From the human T2T-CHM13v2.0 reference genome, Homo sapiens, in the NCBI RefSeq assembly GCF_009914755.1, contig NC_060932.1: 64,000 bases of DNA. One strand, 5' to 3'. Numbering within the stretch: the stretch's first letter is position 1; every line of letters begins with the position of its first letter. The translations under genes were made by a program, and so were the position numbers. This document shows positions 12,423 to 28,887 of this stretch, piece after piece. The notes beneath the pieces are model-generated. The model was given only the letters and a program-made list of their open reading frames with translations, made no database searches and had not been told where the DNA came from.

Positions 12423-15400
12423 CTAGGGAGTCTTTTTTTTTTAAGTTTCTAAAAATTCCCCAAGGAATTTTAAAATTGAAGACCATGATATATTTACTTT
12501 GGGGATTATTGGTATCTTGATAATATTTGGTTTCTACTTCTAGGAATGTATTATGTAGGCACATTTATAAAACAGGCTCTTTATTTTCTCATTAAGTTTT
12601 GTGATTTTTTTTTCAATGCCATCTGTATTTTTGGTTAAGATTAATTCTAGGAGTTTTTTACTGTTTGAAATTATTTAATCATTAAATACAGACTTAATTT
12701 AATAATCATTTAATAAGTTTTACATTCTTCCTTCAGTCATTTTTCAATTTTGGTATTCTACTTAAAATTTTTAAAATGGAACAAGCTTTTTAAAAGTGAT
12801 TTTGTGCTTAATGTATTTTCAAGTTTGTTAGTATAACATTCTGCTTGATGTTTAAAAAAATGCTTTACTGCCTTTTGCTCTTTAAATTGCGTGTACTTGT
12901 ATTTACCATTTTTCTAATAAATTTTCAAAGTTTAAAAGATTTTTAAGATTTCCCATACTTTTTCTAGAGAATTTCAGGGCCATCCTGCTTTGAGGCACTC
13001 TGAGACTTTAAGATGATTCTGTATGTTCTTACCATGACCTGCCAGGTGCATTTCATCATTTGCCTTCAGGTCATCTTACTTGTTTTACTTTGGAGTTTTA
13101 CCAGTTGTTTTGATGTGTCTCCTAGGTACTCTGAAGTTAGAAAACTGGTAATAGGGGAAGCTAGTATTTGAACCCCAAACTATCAAAACCATATCACTTA
13201 CACTTTTTATGAAAAGGGGTACTTACACTTTTTTAAATAGTTGTCTTTAAGAAAAATTTGATTTTAAAATTATATTTAATTTCCAATTACACTGCATTGT
13301 AACAACATTTGATTTTTAGAAACTATTGAGCTTTGGAATTCCTGTTGTTTCGTCAGTGTTTGTAAGTAGTTTATGGAATCTTGTAAAGATTTATTCCCTG
13401 TTTTTAGGGAACAGCATGGTAACATGTAATTTTGTGGCGTAGGTATTAATCATGAATTGTGTTCAAATTGTTTATATCCTTATTTTTTGTTTCCTCAATA
13501 TGGCATTGTAGTAATAATTTGTTAATATTCTCCACTCAATATAGTATTGCTGTTGGTATATTTTAACCAAAGTACTATAATTTTCATTTGCTAATTTCTT
13601 AAATCTTATGTGATGCCAGTATTATCAGCCTTTCTATATTTTCCTTTTATGTTGACTTGTAAAATCTTGCCTGTTGTTTCATTTGGAAGCATCTTTAACA
13701 TGTTAAGATGTTTATCAAGTAAAAAATTAATGTGCTTTTTTATTCTAATCTTCAATTTGTTCAATTAAATGTATTCTGTTCATCCTCTTAACTATTGCAT
13801 TTTATTTTAGTGTTCCTAATGATTATACTTTAATTTTGTCTTTATTGAATGTATTATTAATTCTTGTTTTAGTGTCTTTAAACATGTGGAAGACAGGAAT
13901 CCTATTCAATGGTATCTGAAAATATTGCCCAATTGGTTTAAAAAATTTATTTTTATCTAATTGTCAAAATCAAAATAATTTAACCCGTCTTTAGAGAGGA
14001 ATAAAAATGGGATCCTTTGGCTTCTTTTCAGCCCCACTTCCCTATTCTCTATTAATCTAATATGTGTTTACTAACCTTGGTAAAATTTAGTTCCTCTTTT
14101 AATATGTGTTGTCTAATATTTTATTTTGTTAAATTAGTCCCAACAAGCATTTAGACTCATCAAAATCAAACTTTTATTTGTAATTTGACATTTATAAAAA
14201 AAATCCTTTTATCTTTAGCTAGTTTGTGGTCCCTACAAATTACTTTCTAAGCACAGTTTTGCCATTCTTAATGGCTAATTATTTATCACTGTTGAGAGAA
14301 CATCTTTTAATAAAGTCTATAGAAATTATACTTTATGATGTAGTTTCTGAGAGCCAGAAGATTGGAGACTGTTTTGGTCAACATTACACATAAATTTCAG
14401 AGTTAACTGAATATCATGTTCTTTCATAACCTTTCCCTTGCAAAGTTATGCTAGCTTTCATTTCTTTTGTTGTTCTTTATTTTTTTCTTTGTAGGTGGTC
14501 TATTTTGGTAGAGTGCTAGTTTTGAGTTTAGAAAGGTAGACTGGGGGATAGAAAGATGATTCTTTACTCTTGCTATTCAAAAATATAACAAAGATAAACT
14601 TAGTGTTGATTTTGTTTTCCTTAATCTCAAATATGGGGGCTTTCTTCAGGCCTGGAAATTCATAATTATGTGTAAATCCTTAGTGTTATACCTACTGCTA
14701 ATTCACCATTTTCTATTTAGTTAAATGTAAACAGAAATGTAGGATTATATATTATTAGTGGGTCCAGCTCTATAATCCGTCTTCCCTGGTTTTTCTTTAC
14801 TACCTCTCATCTTTTCGATCTGTTGTTATTATTTTCTGCATTCTCATGCTGTTTGTCATAATTTGTCATCAGCATCACTAATTCAATTTTTCTGCATTAT
14901 CAAATGTAGAAATGTAGATTTTTATTGTAGTGCTTCTTTTCTTATGTTTTGTTTATTTGAAAGAAGGGCTCCAAAAATCTTACGGAAAACATGAAGTAGA
15001 TTTTTTAAAAATCATTTTATAAAGTAATTATTTTAAGGAGAAGAAAGTTGAGTCTTTTTTTTTTCAGTCATTAGCATGTTGTTTGTCCTATGTTCCACAC
15101 TTTTCCTCCAGCTAGAACTCCCAACTCCTAGGTGCACTTAACATATACATTTTTAACAGAGATATAGCCTGGCTCTAAAGCAGAGGATTAATGGACTTTA
15201 GGATTTTTATGATCTCCTTCAGCTTTGTCTTGGTTGCCGGTTATTTCTCCTCCTTAGAGATGAAATGGTAAAGTTAGGATGACTCAGCGTGCAGCGTCTA
15301 GCGTGATTCCTGGCCAGGCACAGATAGATACTCAGTTCATGCTGTTTTCTCCTTATTGATAGTTCCTGGTAATATTTATGATCTCCCTGGCATTGCAAAC

Positions 15401-15466
15401 GGAACAAAATTGCCATATACTTGGAGGGCTAGTGATGCTAAGGGACTTTGATGGTTATTGGTGTTA

Positions 15467-15467
<1 letters not shown>

Positions 15468-15519
<52 letters not shown>

Positions 15520-15525
15520 GCAGCA
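15468..15525. repeat. (CAA)n microsatellite with a CAG tail
   Basis: Seen directly in the sequence. Confidence 0.95.
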
Positions 15526-16736
15526 TAGATTTGGCCCTAGGCGCTAGGTTCTTACTACAGGTAGTCAAAACTGAAGCAGTTTAAAGGAGATATCAAAATG
15601 ATTTAAGAAGCTGAAGGACAAGTTGCTTCTTTCCAGAGCTGAGAATATGTGTTCTCTTTCATCTTCTGTGTGCAGTACTTTTTCTTCAGCCAGTTCCAGG
15701 AGGATTTTTTAAGAGAGTGGCTTTGCGGCTTCATCCACTGGAACATATTGGAAGTGTACCGCTATATATTGTGGAAAATAGAATTTATTGTCTAGCCTAT
15801 TTTAGAATTTTTTTCATTGGAACGGATTCATTCCTCTTTTTCCCTCTTTGTTTGAGATTTAATGGTTGAGTTAGCGATCTGCCACATTCTATTTGACGTC
15901 TTATTACTTGGTGATCCTGGATATAAAAGATGTTACTGTAAAGGAGAGGTTGCTTTTTTAAATTTTAACTCAGCACGTATGAATCTGAATTTTTCTTTAT
16001 TTTTTTGTCAGTCTGTGCAGTTCTTAAGTACTTTTACCAAATTTAAGACAGCTCACTTCGAGTCATGTTAAATAGTCAATTAACTCTAACCTCCTCAGTG
16101 AAGGAACTTCTTTCCCAATTTTGCAACTTTCCCCAACATACATACACATACACTTTGAACTTTATTCTCCACTTCACATATTGCCTTTCAAAAGTTTGTG
16201 AAAGATTCAGTAGCTGTGTGTGGAATCCTGGTAGATTTCTTGAGAATATTTTAGATTCTGAACTCATTAACAGCTCATAAAAACATCAGATATACCTGCC
16301 CTTCCACTGTAACTCCCGATAACAGGCCACTTATTATATAAGTAAAAACAAATCCAAAAATACAGATAATGATTTCCAGAACCTAATTTAGAGCTGCCTC
16401 ATTTGTGCCACAGTTAACCCTCCAAGAACCCTGCTAAGCATGATGAAATGGAATTCCCCCACAATTTATTCATGAGCCAAGTCTCCATATGACATATGAA
16501 TAATTGGCAAGTGCAATGAGTAAAATAAATAGTGAAATTGATATCATATGTCTGTTCACACGTGGAAACAAGGCTTCATAGGAAATAATGCTATAGAATT
16601 AGAGTCAAGTTTTCTATTGGGGGATATGCCAGAACCCCAGGTAGGACAAGGGTGTTCCTGAGCAAAGTAGACATAAAATATGGAGGGAATAAAATGACCT
16701 CAGGGGTTTGCTGATGTGAGATAATGGTCCACTCTT

Positions 16737-18006
<1,270 letters not shown>

Positions 18007-21000
18007 GATAATGGTCCACTCTTATTGTGACCCTCACACTCCTGAAGGAGGGTCATAACTCAGATCTGCTTCACTTGACCCTTCTCAGGTTTAGAAAACA
18101 AATTGGTGTGTCCCAATGTGGGATCTGTCTTAGAATAACCTGGATGGCAGACTGAAAGTGCTGATTCCTGGGTCCTATCCTAGAGCTGCTAAATTTTTGA
18201 GAGTGGCGCTTGAAAGGCTACATTTTAATCAAACTTTCGGCATGAATATATTACACACTATAAAGTTAATGTACATAGGGGAGGCCTAGAGGATACGACT
18301 AGGGATAAAGTAGTGAATGGCAGAGGCAATAGTAGGCACCATAATATTTTTCTAAAAATGCAGATGGAACCTGACTACATTTTCATAAAACTCTTCCATA
18401 CGTTTTTGAGGCTTGAGCCAAACGTTGGCCTGACTGCAAGATAGAACAGTGGAATGAGGAAGGTGGTGTGGTATGATGTGCTGCTAGGCAACAGGTGAAT
18501 GAGTATTTCCTTCCTTTTTGCTATCAGAAAGCATAGGGCCACAGCTGGGGGTTGTGGGGTGGGAATCAGATTAAATGCTCTAATTTTTTTTTTTTTTTTT
18601 GCATTTGCTGATAGGATTTACTTGTTTATATTTTTATAAGCCATGAGTAAAATATTTTAAGTGTATCAAAACAGGGGATGGGTGGTGAAAGAATGATTTT
18701 TTAAACAGTGGCAGGGAAATAATAACTGAACTAGAAAAAGATTATTCACACATAAAAACCAATATATTTTACTTCACGCTATTTACACTATGCTGGTTGT
18801 AGTTACTAGTGGCTCAATGGCAAATCAGAATTACAACAAAGAACAGTAACAGAAACAAACCAAAAGCAAACTAAAGAAAAGCATTAATTCATGTTTGAGG
18901 CAACTATTTGAAAATAGGAAAATGTTTAGTCATAGATCTATTCCAGTTAAATGTATTTGTCTGTCTCTGAGGTCTTAGAAACCATGGATTTAAGAGCAAC
19001 ATGAATTAAATGTCCAGGAAGGTGCGAAATCCCCCATACTTGTTGCCAATGCACTGAAGGTTAAGTAAGTCCTGACAAATCTAATATTCTGGAATTATCT
19101 TGAGGAAAGGGATGTGCATTTTTTTCAGTTCAAGTAAGAGAGGGCTATTGGTTGAGTAGCTGCTGATGAGAACCTTTCTGGGTCTTCATTAAGTAGAAGC
19201 TATTAAATTAACATTGAAATAAGAACTTTACAACTTTTCCCCTTCAACAGATTTGGTAAATGCATTTTGACTCTTACAGTTTAAGGGAGAAAATGAAATT
19301 CTGTTCAATTGGAAAAGAATCTACTAAGCCTGGTTTTCTTCCTGCATATGATGCCATATAGACACTTATGTCAGGAGTGCATAGGTATGTGTCTCAGGGA
19401 GGCTGGCGCAGAGTTTATGATACAAGTATTGGAGTACTGCGAGCTGCCAGAGGAGAGTTCATTTATGTGAGCTCTCCACCTTTTGGCTTACCCTATAACT
19501 TCTGCCTGTAAAGATGCTTGCTTTTATTCTATTGTAGGCTTTGTTATCAAAGGCAGGGGATATTTTCTTTTTAAGATAGCCCTTAGATGCTTCCTACAGG
19601 TTGCGATTGCTTGAGCAGGGTGGGCAAGCTAGTTTTGTTATCACACCCTACCCGCTCTCCTAATTCTCCAGAGAGTAAGTGTTCTTCTTAAAATTATAGC
19701 TATGTCGAGTGCCTCTGTGTCTTTAGACACTCTTTTAATGTGCTAGTATAAAGTAAAAGTCTTTTTGAAGATATGTTTTATAGGGAGGTGCTTTTGGGAG
19801 CCTCTTGAGATGTTCACTGGTACTGAATCGAGGTAGCTTTATGGTGGTTTAATGACAACATAGAACACTTGTAATAAAGTTCCGTGTTGATATGTGTCCT
19901 AGGGCATGTTATAATTAGAGCGGATTGAACATGTTGATTTTGTTTTCCCCTCTGCTCACATGGCCCCCTTCGTCTTGTTAGGGTTTTGCAACTGGAGATC
20001 TGTCGGAGGTTTTCTTCATCCCCTAAAGATGAAAGAGATCTCTCACAATGGAAATTTGGAAAATTACACATACACCTGTGAAATTAGCGAATTTGTATAA
20101 AGTTTGTATTCCAAACAATATGCGGGATCTACAACAATGCTTTGTTTTATGTGAGGATTTTTTTTTTCTGGCTGTGCAAAGAACAAGTGTGCAGGACTGT
20201 ACAGGCTTAGCGAGAATATTCATCATTATTTACTGTGTCAAACCCACAAGGAGGGCCAAACTGGCAGTGTTCCAGGAGCAGGAGGCACACCTATTTGTGA
20301 AAAATGGAACAGATTTCTATCGTTGCCCTCACTTTGACTATTTGGTTCAAGGTGGTGGTGGTGCTAAGACATGTCATTTTGTTAGCCACGTATGTGGGTT
20401 AACAATGAAGGCTGGCTATGTTGCTGTCCTGTAAAATCCCACAGACTACACTTGGTTTGTGCATGAACCTGATTATAATAAGGTATTGGAGTGAGGAATG
20501 CTGAGCAGTGGAACATGTGTGTGATCTGGCCAGGACCTGTCCCCTCAATCTGATTGTCATTAATTGATTAGCGAGCTTTGCCTGGTTGGACAGAGTACCC
20601 TTGCTCATGTCTCAGGAAATGTTAGGCCCTCAAAAGAGGGGATGAAGAGAATGCTTTTGCTGTTGGAAGGTTTTGCTCTTCAGAAGACTCAAACAGCATG
20701 CCATAATTTTAAAAAATTGACATACTGTCCCCTAGCTTTGTTTTCATGTCATAGCCACACAGTGGAAGATTCTTTAGTAAAACAACATCCTGGTCAATTG
20801 TTTGCATTATCCAGGACTCTTGGCAGATATGTATAAGTAACATTTGAGATCAGCCTGAAGTGGCTACAGGTCTATTCTGTCCCAGAATCATCTGAAAGAA
20901 TGTTGTTATTTGAGCATTTGCTGGACTCTCTGATGTTATTTGAAAGAACAATTAACCAGCACTAAATGAGTAAACCTAACCTGCCACTTATCAGGATTTG

Positions 21001-21185
21001 TCCAGGTGAAAGGCAGGTTGATTACAGATCATCAGTTGCAGTACACAAAGTGTCTCTCCATAATTGAGGAAAGGACTCTGTATAAACTGTAAATTATTGT
21101 ACTCTTTGTATTAAATGACAATAGTGTAATAAATATAATTTATACTATTACAAAGTGACTTTGGGATAGCATTTGTATTCCAGCA

Positions 21186-21393
21186 CAGTTGTTCTCAAAC
21201 TTGAGCATACATCAGAATCACCTACAGGATTTGTTAAAACATGGATTGATGGCCCCATCCCACAGAGTTTCTGAAATCGGTAGATCTGGAGTAGGGTCCA
21301 TTTCTAATTTGCCTTTCTAACAAGTTACCAGGTGATGCTATTATCAGGTGATGCTAATGCTGCTGGTCCAGGTACCAAACTTGGAGAACCCTG
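21186..21393 (+). mobile_element. MER5A hAT-Charlie MITE
   Basis: cagttgttctcaaacttgagcat.catcagaatcacct...tttctaacaagtt.ccaggtgatgct...gagaaccctg with terminal inverted repeats. Confidence 0.85.
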
Positions 21394-24300
21394 TGGGCTG
21401 ATAAACTGCTTGTAATCAGCCAATGAAGCCAGGCATCATTTTGGAAGCAGTTATTTTATTAAAATTTCTTTTTGGAATGTTTTATCAATAATTAATTGCA
21501 TAGGAAAAGAATCGCTTTAATAGGGCAGAATCAGAATGGGTATTCTAAAATGGAGGATTATAAAAGAGAAATTGACCTACTTGATGAAATGTGGGCTAGA
21601 TACAAATTGTATTAATTTAGAAGAAAAAAGTTTACATATGCAATGACTAAAACCCGATGCTAAATTTTTTGTTGATTTTCTTCTCTAATTAAATGTTTCC
21701 CCCTCACATCTTTGTAGTGAATTGATTATCTTTTCTTCATTTCATTCATGTAACTGTATTGTTACACATGAAACAAAGAAACGTATGCTGAATGTTTTTA
21801 AGGACCACTCTTAATTCATCTTTGCCCTATGAAACGATTTAAGAAACTTGGTCGCCAAAGCCCTTTTTTAGTGTTGTTTGGCTACTGCTTCTGTTGTTGT
21901 TTTAATTTAACCTGTACCTTGTCTGATTCACTCTAGCAAAAGAAGGAAATATAAATCCATTCTGGAGTTAAAAGACTCCGTGCCCCATTTAAAACATCCT
22001 TTTATACCTATATTTAAAAATAACTTAGAAATCACTTCCTTTTTACTTGTACTAGCTTAACTTTGTTATATAAACATATAGGGTATTATACACTAATTTT
22101 TGATGTAAACGTATTTGATAGTTTTGCAGAATGCAGTTTGTTAGATAAGAATAGTAGCAATATTTTGATGGTGCTTTGAAATTTCTAAAGAAAAGTGTAT
22201 ATGTGGTATCTCATAGAAGTCTATAAAGTTATAGATTTTGATTAATTCATTTATGCCACATAATATATATAAGGAGTTCTGTGTTTAGGTTCAGATCCTT
22301 TCCTTTCTTACTCATAAGTGCTTTTAAAAAAATCTAACGTCCTACATTCATGCTTTTGATGTTTTTGTTGTGGTAGCATTTCTCACTTTGGGGAAAAAAA
22401 AATTGCTGCTTGTCTTATCTCACATCTTCAAGATGACTTCTAGCAGGGTGAGAGTACATTGAATAACCAGGAAAGGACCATGGATTTCACACTGTTTAGT
22501 GGGATAAACTTTCTCCAACGATAGTAAAAATAATAATAATTTGACACTGTGTCTAGATTTTTTTAAAATTTGCCCAGTATTCTCTCACTTTGATTTGGTC
22601 TCCAACTTTATTATAATTAACTTCAATTGAAAAATCCTTATTTTGGTAAATATTAAGTGCCTTGGCTAAATGCAAGGTAATATTCTTGCTGCTTTCAGTT
22701 GCAAATGTGGGTAAGATAGAATTATAACAAAGGAAGTAAGAAAAATGCATGGGTAGCTGGAATCTAGGATATTATATGAGAAGCCTTTCCTGCCCACCCT
22801 GCCACCAGTCTCATATCTTGTGAATAAAGTTTGTCTCCTTAACTGGATTATCCACTCACTTTGGGCTGGGGCCATCTTATCTTATACGTTGTTGTTATCT
22901 CAGTGCTTGTCACAGTGCCTACCATGTTTAGCATCCTCAGTAAATATTATTTAAGTGGATAATGAATAAGTTAATGAATAAATACATAAAACTCTCATAA
23001 AGAAAAGAGAATAAGCTAATATATAATGCCTTTCATCGTTCGTACTTATTTTCTGTTAGGAGCTTTTTATTATTGAAATATATCTCAATCATATAAAAAT
23101 ATATCATTTCAGTAATGAATATACTTTTGTATTTTTTTCTTGATAGGGTTACCATCTTCAATAGACTGAGATAACTTTATAGGACTCTGGACTGAGACCT
23201 GATTACAAAATATTTGAATTTCAATGCCATCTCTGTCACTAACTTCCTGGGTCAATGCACAAGGCATGTACTAATGAACTGAATTTTCTCAATGCCTGAG
23301 TTACTTCCTGAGAGTAAATTAGTCATTAGAGATTCTAGTTCAAATTTGCCTGTATTTCTTCCCCTGACTTTATTTTTCCTGTGATATCAGTGTTTAATCT
23401 ACTGTGTAAGATTACTTGCTGCTTGCGAGGCTTGCACATGTTCTAAGAAAAATTGTTTTCTTGTTAGCATCATTCAGTTAATTTGAAGGTTCTCAAAGCA
23501 AGGCATTTCGGGGGGAATAATATTTACATAATTTAAATTGTTTTCAAGTTTATATACAAAAACTGTTAATACCACCATCTATAAAAATGGCCAAAGACTT
23601 TGTAGCAAAGAATATTACTCCATTTTTATAAGATTAAAGAGTACATTTTTTCTCCCTAAAGAAACTATTTGAATAAGACCTGACCCCTTCCCCTTCATTT
23701 TTCAATGGTGTGTGGTCAAATTGAATTCTCCATTAAAAATTCTCTAATATCTTTTTTTGCATTAACATTTCAAAACTCAATTTAAATATTCACAGATCTC
23801 GTTTTTAATAAACTTAACGAAATTCAGGTAATTTCCTTCAACTTTCTTGATTGAAGGACAGCAGTTGGTACAGATATAAAAAAGAGGTACAGCTATGAGC
23901 AAAAGCCCAAAATCAATTATATATAAGAAATAACATAACACATGGAAAGAAATTAATCAAAAAGAAGAATTTCTACCATATGATTCTCTGGTCTGCTACC
24001 TGCAGGCAACAAATGTAAATGAAAAAAAATCAACATTCTTCTGGCAGACAAGAGAAAAATTAATAAAAATGTTTCCTTCCTACTAGATCCCCTGATGCCA
24101 CTATTGTTAAAAGTGAGTGACTGCAGGAAGAACTTGCTCATTTAAAATAGTATTTTTTTTTTAGACTACAGAAATAAGATTTTATTCTTGCTGTTAAGCT
24201 CAATTACATGAGTTAGTATGGGTTTGCACTGTCCAAAGAGTGTCCCTCTTCTCTGCCCCTTCTCATTAAATGGCTCTGTGGGATATGCATGAGACAAATG

Positions 24301-24956
24301 TAATAGGAACCGAGTGAGAAGCATTTTGAGGTGTGCCTACAGGGTAATGATTCATAAGAAAGTCTGTGTGTAGCAGCTGAGAACTCTGAGAGAGGAACTA
24401 CTAAGAGCCACAAGATATGCCCCAGATAAAATTAGTAAAAACGTATTAGTAATTTCAAGCTAGAAACGTTCCTACTACATAATTAAGAGAGGAGGGGAAC
24501 GTTTTCCTGGGATTTAGCTTTTTAATTTAGAGTCGGGTTATTTTTTTCCCCAATACTAATTGAACAAACAGGATATATACGTACAGAACATATCATACTA
24601 AAATTTTCCTATTAGAAGAGCTTTATATTTTGTATTTTGTGAATGTTATCCTGAAATTAACAGAAATACAAGCCAAGAATACAGATTGTTAGGCAAGGAG
24701 TCATCCAATTTTAGTGTCAGTCCACTCCTTCCTTTTCATCACATAGAATATGTAGCAAGTTTAAAATGAAAAGTTATATTTTAACTCCTTTTACCTATCA
24801 ACTAAAATAGAGTATACCTATGTAGAGTTTTGATATATTTGTGTATTTATATATTAATCATGAACCAGAATTTGTTTATCCCTTTTTTATATGTATATTT
24901 TGAAAGGTAGCATCATTTGACAAATGTGGCTCGATTATGATGTCACAATTCAAACA

Positions 24957-24957
24957 T

Positions 24958-24994
<37 letters not shown>

Positions 24995-25030
24995 GCACAT
25001 ATATATATATCTCGTGTTTAAATATATATG
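24957..25030. repeat. (TA)n(CA)n(TA)n compound microsatellite
   Basis: Seen directly in the sequence. Confidence 0.93.
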
Positions 25031-28000
25031 TATGTTTCTTCAATTGTATGATTTGGAGGTTCCTTTTGTTTTATATACATTGGAGATCTTTCTTTGCCTG
25101 TCCATTCCTTTGTGTGAGTTGGACCTTTTGAAAAAGAGTTCAAAAGAGCATAAAACAGGAGCTGGCAACTTGGGAGAACACCACCATTTTCATTTTCATT
25201 GATTAAGATCTTGAGAAATGTATCCCATTGACATAGATTCTTTGTTCTGTGCACAAGTAAAATGACATAAAGTTTGTGATGAAAATTTTAATTTTTAATA
25301 TTAATAATGCTATCTGATATTAAAATGATCCAAAATGGGATACATTGGGAAGCTCTGGAATAAAAAGGTTTGGAAATATTTGTGTGTTTTCGGGGCAAAT
25401 TCACCTAGTGGAATTTCTGTGCACACTGTGATGGATTATTGTTATTATTGGGAATGATAATATTTTAATGTGACTTTCATCCCACCTGTCAGTTGCAATC
25501 AAGGCTGCCCAGTATTCTGAAACAATCTCATTTTGCTAGGTGGCTAGTCTTGTGCAGCTTCTAGAATGCTTAGAATATTAATGCATGAAGAGGAGATTGA
25601 ATGCTTTCTGTAGTTCCATAATGACAGAGTGTCTTGTTTTAATCAAAAGGCATGCAATATCAAGCTAAAGTAATGTATAATACATTAATGCCAATAACTG
25701 TTTAAGAGAAAAGATCCCTTTTGGGGGATATTATATCAGAACCATAGAAGTTGGCATTTCTTTCCCCTATTAATACATGATAATGTATATTAATTTTTGT
25801 AGAACTTAATTTCATCTTAGATGCTTCTTATTCTGAAGTGCTTTGAATTTACCTGAACAAAGACAATCTGACATTTAGGTGAGGATTGTTGTTCCATTTA
25901 TAGTAGGCTACCAAAGTAGAAAGTTATTATTGAGACAATGTCTGTCGAAAGACATATGTATTTGACTTAATATTTACTATGTTGTTCTTTATCATTTCTT
26001 GCATTTTCTCATTGTTTTGCTTATTTTGCATCATTTTCATCCTTATTCCTCAGAATGCCTATATGTTTTCGCATCCCCCCCTTTTTTTTTTCTGAAATTT
26101 TCTTTGTCACCTTCTAGCTCTTACTCCAGTGGCTATGGATGCATTTCAGGGTTTTCTTTAGCCCCCTGAAATTGTAGCAATAATTTTCTTATAAATTCAT
26201 TTATCTGGGGGACTAAGTGCTCCATTAACTGCTTCTTAACCATGCAAATCCACTTTTTAAAATTTCATTTTATTCAGCTATTACATTACCAGTGTATAGG
26301 GTTAGACTATTTAATCTTTAATGCCCCATTTGTCATTTACAAACTGCAGATCATTGAAACAACCACCAAATGAAAAATCATCCGATATACCCACCTTAGG
26401 CCCAGATTGCACAGCGCAGCTGTTGGTACTGACTAGATGAAAAGCTTCACTGTACATTGGGCTGTCCATCAGCATCGTCAGGTGTGGTGAATCTACACTT
26501 CCCTTCTTATCTTCCACTTTCTCTCCAGAGTGCAAAGGTAGCTGTGGCCAATTCAAATGGTCCTGAGTACACAATTGCCTCTCTTCTCTGAAAATGGAAG
26601 TACTCAGTACTACTTTGCACTCACCAGAATTTCCCAGTTATTCTCATTGTTCAACCAGTATAGAATATGAGAAGATGCTTACTCATTTATTCTGAGAGAC
26701 AATGAACAGTGTTATGGGCCTAACATATAGCACCAGTGTGTTCATAGCTTGAGGATGTAAAACTAATCACTAGCATTTTTAAATGAGGTAAATATTCATA
26801 TTTATAAACATTGAGACGATTAATTCTGGTGAGTGTGTTTGAATATCTATAAATCAGAAGCAATTGAAGAGCTGAAATTCAGATTTCCTCACACTTGCCT
26901 GCCAAGTGGCCTCAATCAGAAGTAATTTTCTCCATGAGGGCACATGGAGCTCGGTCGTGAGCCTTTTCTGAGTAGATATTATTATTTGTGTCAAATTATG
27001 TGTGGTGATTTTTCTGAAGTGGACTTCTGTGCCCACTAATCCATACACAGGAGTTTCCTTCATTCCCTCCTTCATTGGTGCTATTAATTGTACTTGTGCT
27101 TCAAGTGTCTCTTACCCTTTTAAAATGTTAGTTTATGGCCACCGATTATCTGTAAGGTTTTCCCTGTTAAAGAAACATGCAATGTAGAGAGTAGAGTGAG
27201 ATCTGATCTTAAACCATAAATATTATGCATTTTAAAAGAAACCTTTTTCCCAAAGCCTGATTTGATGGTGTAGCTAAAGAAATGGTTAGTTATTTCACAT
27301 TTTAAAGTACAGTAATTATATAAAGCTGACACTTGCTTTGGAAGAAATACAAGTTGGTCATCAAATGACCTTCCTATGGCCTGTTTTAAATATTGGCAAT
27401 GAGATCTCATGTTCAAAAAATTTTGAACAAATGAGCTTAGTATTGTTCACCTTTTATTTGAATTTTGATAATTCATTTTTAAACATATAGGTGCTTCTTT
27501 TTAATTCCATGCTTGGAATTGCAAAGGAATAGCCAACATGTAAAATAAAACAACCCTGGAATAGATAATATTAAGATCTTATCAAAAACCTTGATAAATA
27601 AAAGATTATGTATATATAAATATACATATGTATCTGTATATATATAAAATTGCCATAACATGACTTTGACATTTAAGAATAAAAAAATGCTTTATGTGTA
27701 CATTTTTCTTTCACATTTTCCCATGAGCATTTCAATATAATTTTTAATACAATGATTAAATTTAAATTGATATCATACTATTGAAGCCAATTTGTTGTCA
27801 TTGAATATTTAAAACAATTATTCATTACGTATTATTCTTAGTAAAATCCTCTTCTAAAAAAGTACCTATGTCTAGAATTTCATTTTGTAAAAGGAAAGCA
27901 TATATATTACTGTTAATTAAACATTGTATAATATGTATACATTCTTTTTATTATATACAGGCTTTTATAATTGAAGAGCATCCAGAAAAATAGACTTATT

Positions 28001-28489
28001 TTTATATTTTTCACATTTTATATATGAAAATATCTGTTGGAGCTTTACTTTTCATTAGTAAAACTCAGAGTATATATTCCAAAAGAAGTATATATTTCAA
28101 AAGAAGTATATATTGTAATTTCTGTTATAACTGCTATTAAAAGCTACTTTACATGTTGATTTAGTGTGGGTATAAATTATAAATTATGTAAATAAAAATA
28201 ATAGTAATTATTTTATTTTTGATAAGTCTATAAGACTATCTTTCTGACTTTGGGGAGGTGTCTAATATTTTGGTTGACTTTCAGTAATTTGCGAAGAGCA
28301 GCAAGAGAGTTTTCCATTTTTAAAGACTAGATCATAAGCATCTATGAATAAATAATTATGTTAATATGAATTGACCATTTTCTAAGTTACCTATGTTTTA
28401 TAGTTTTGTTTCTGAAGCAATGCATTTATAACTACCAAAGAGTGGTTTGCATAGTAGTATATTAATTAAAAGTATTTTTAAAATCTCTT

Positions 28490-28640
28490 GACTCATGCCT
28501 GTAGTCCCAGCTTCTCCAGAGGCTGAGGTGGGAGGATCACTTAAGCCCAGGAATTTGAAACTGCAGCAAGCTGTGATTGCACCTCTGCATGCCAGTGTGG
28601 GTAGCTGAGCCAGACCATTTCTCAAAAAATAATAATAATC
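28490..28640 (+). mobile_element. Alu monomer (FRAM/AluJ right arm)
   Basis: catgcctgtagtcccagc...gaggctgaggtgggaggatcactt.agcccagga...ctcaaaaaataataat. Confidence 0.85.
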
Positions 28641-28659
28641 TTAAATTTTCACATTAGCG

Positions 28660-28802
28660 TTTTCACTTATCAGTTGGAAACCTTATTCTAGTTAACTAAC
28701 CTCGTGAACTTCATTTTTCAAATCTACAAAATGAAAATAGTCATAATTCTCATACTTACTTCACTGGATTATTTTAAAGATCATGTAAGAAAGTGCTTTG
28801 AA
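28660..28802 (+). mobile_element. MIR fragment interrupted by a micro-L1
   Basis: agttaactaacctc.tgaacttcattttt...ctacaaaatg...aaagtgctt. Confidence 0.5.
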
Positions 28803-28887
28803 TAGTATTTCATTTTGTATACATACCACAGTACATCCATGTAACACAACTGCACTTGTACCCCTTAAATTATACAAATAAAAAAAT
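28803..28887 (+). mobile_element. 85-bp L1 (L1PB/L1MA-type) insertion with an inverted 5' piece and 15-bp TSD
   Basis: TSD agaaagtgctttgaa at 28788-28802 and 28888-28902. The 3' part atccatgtaacacaactgcacttgtacccc..aataaaaaaa is an L1 3' end. Confidence 0.8.

Noticed and set aside
12430-15050. Very T-rich 2.6-kb stretch
   Set aside because: It is probably an ancient antisense L1M relic, but too decayed for me to assign a family or boundaries.
20048-20434. 128-aa non-repeat ORF
   Set aside because: It has no recognisable domain, codon bias or convincing splice signals, and its length is compatible with chance.
28068-28114. 18-bp unit repeated ~2.5 times, considered as a CRISPR-like or other array
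   Set aside because: There are no unique spacers. It is a simple tandem duplication in eukaryotic DNA.
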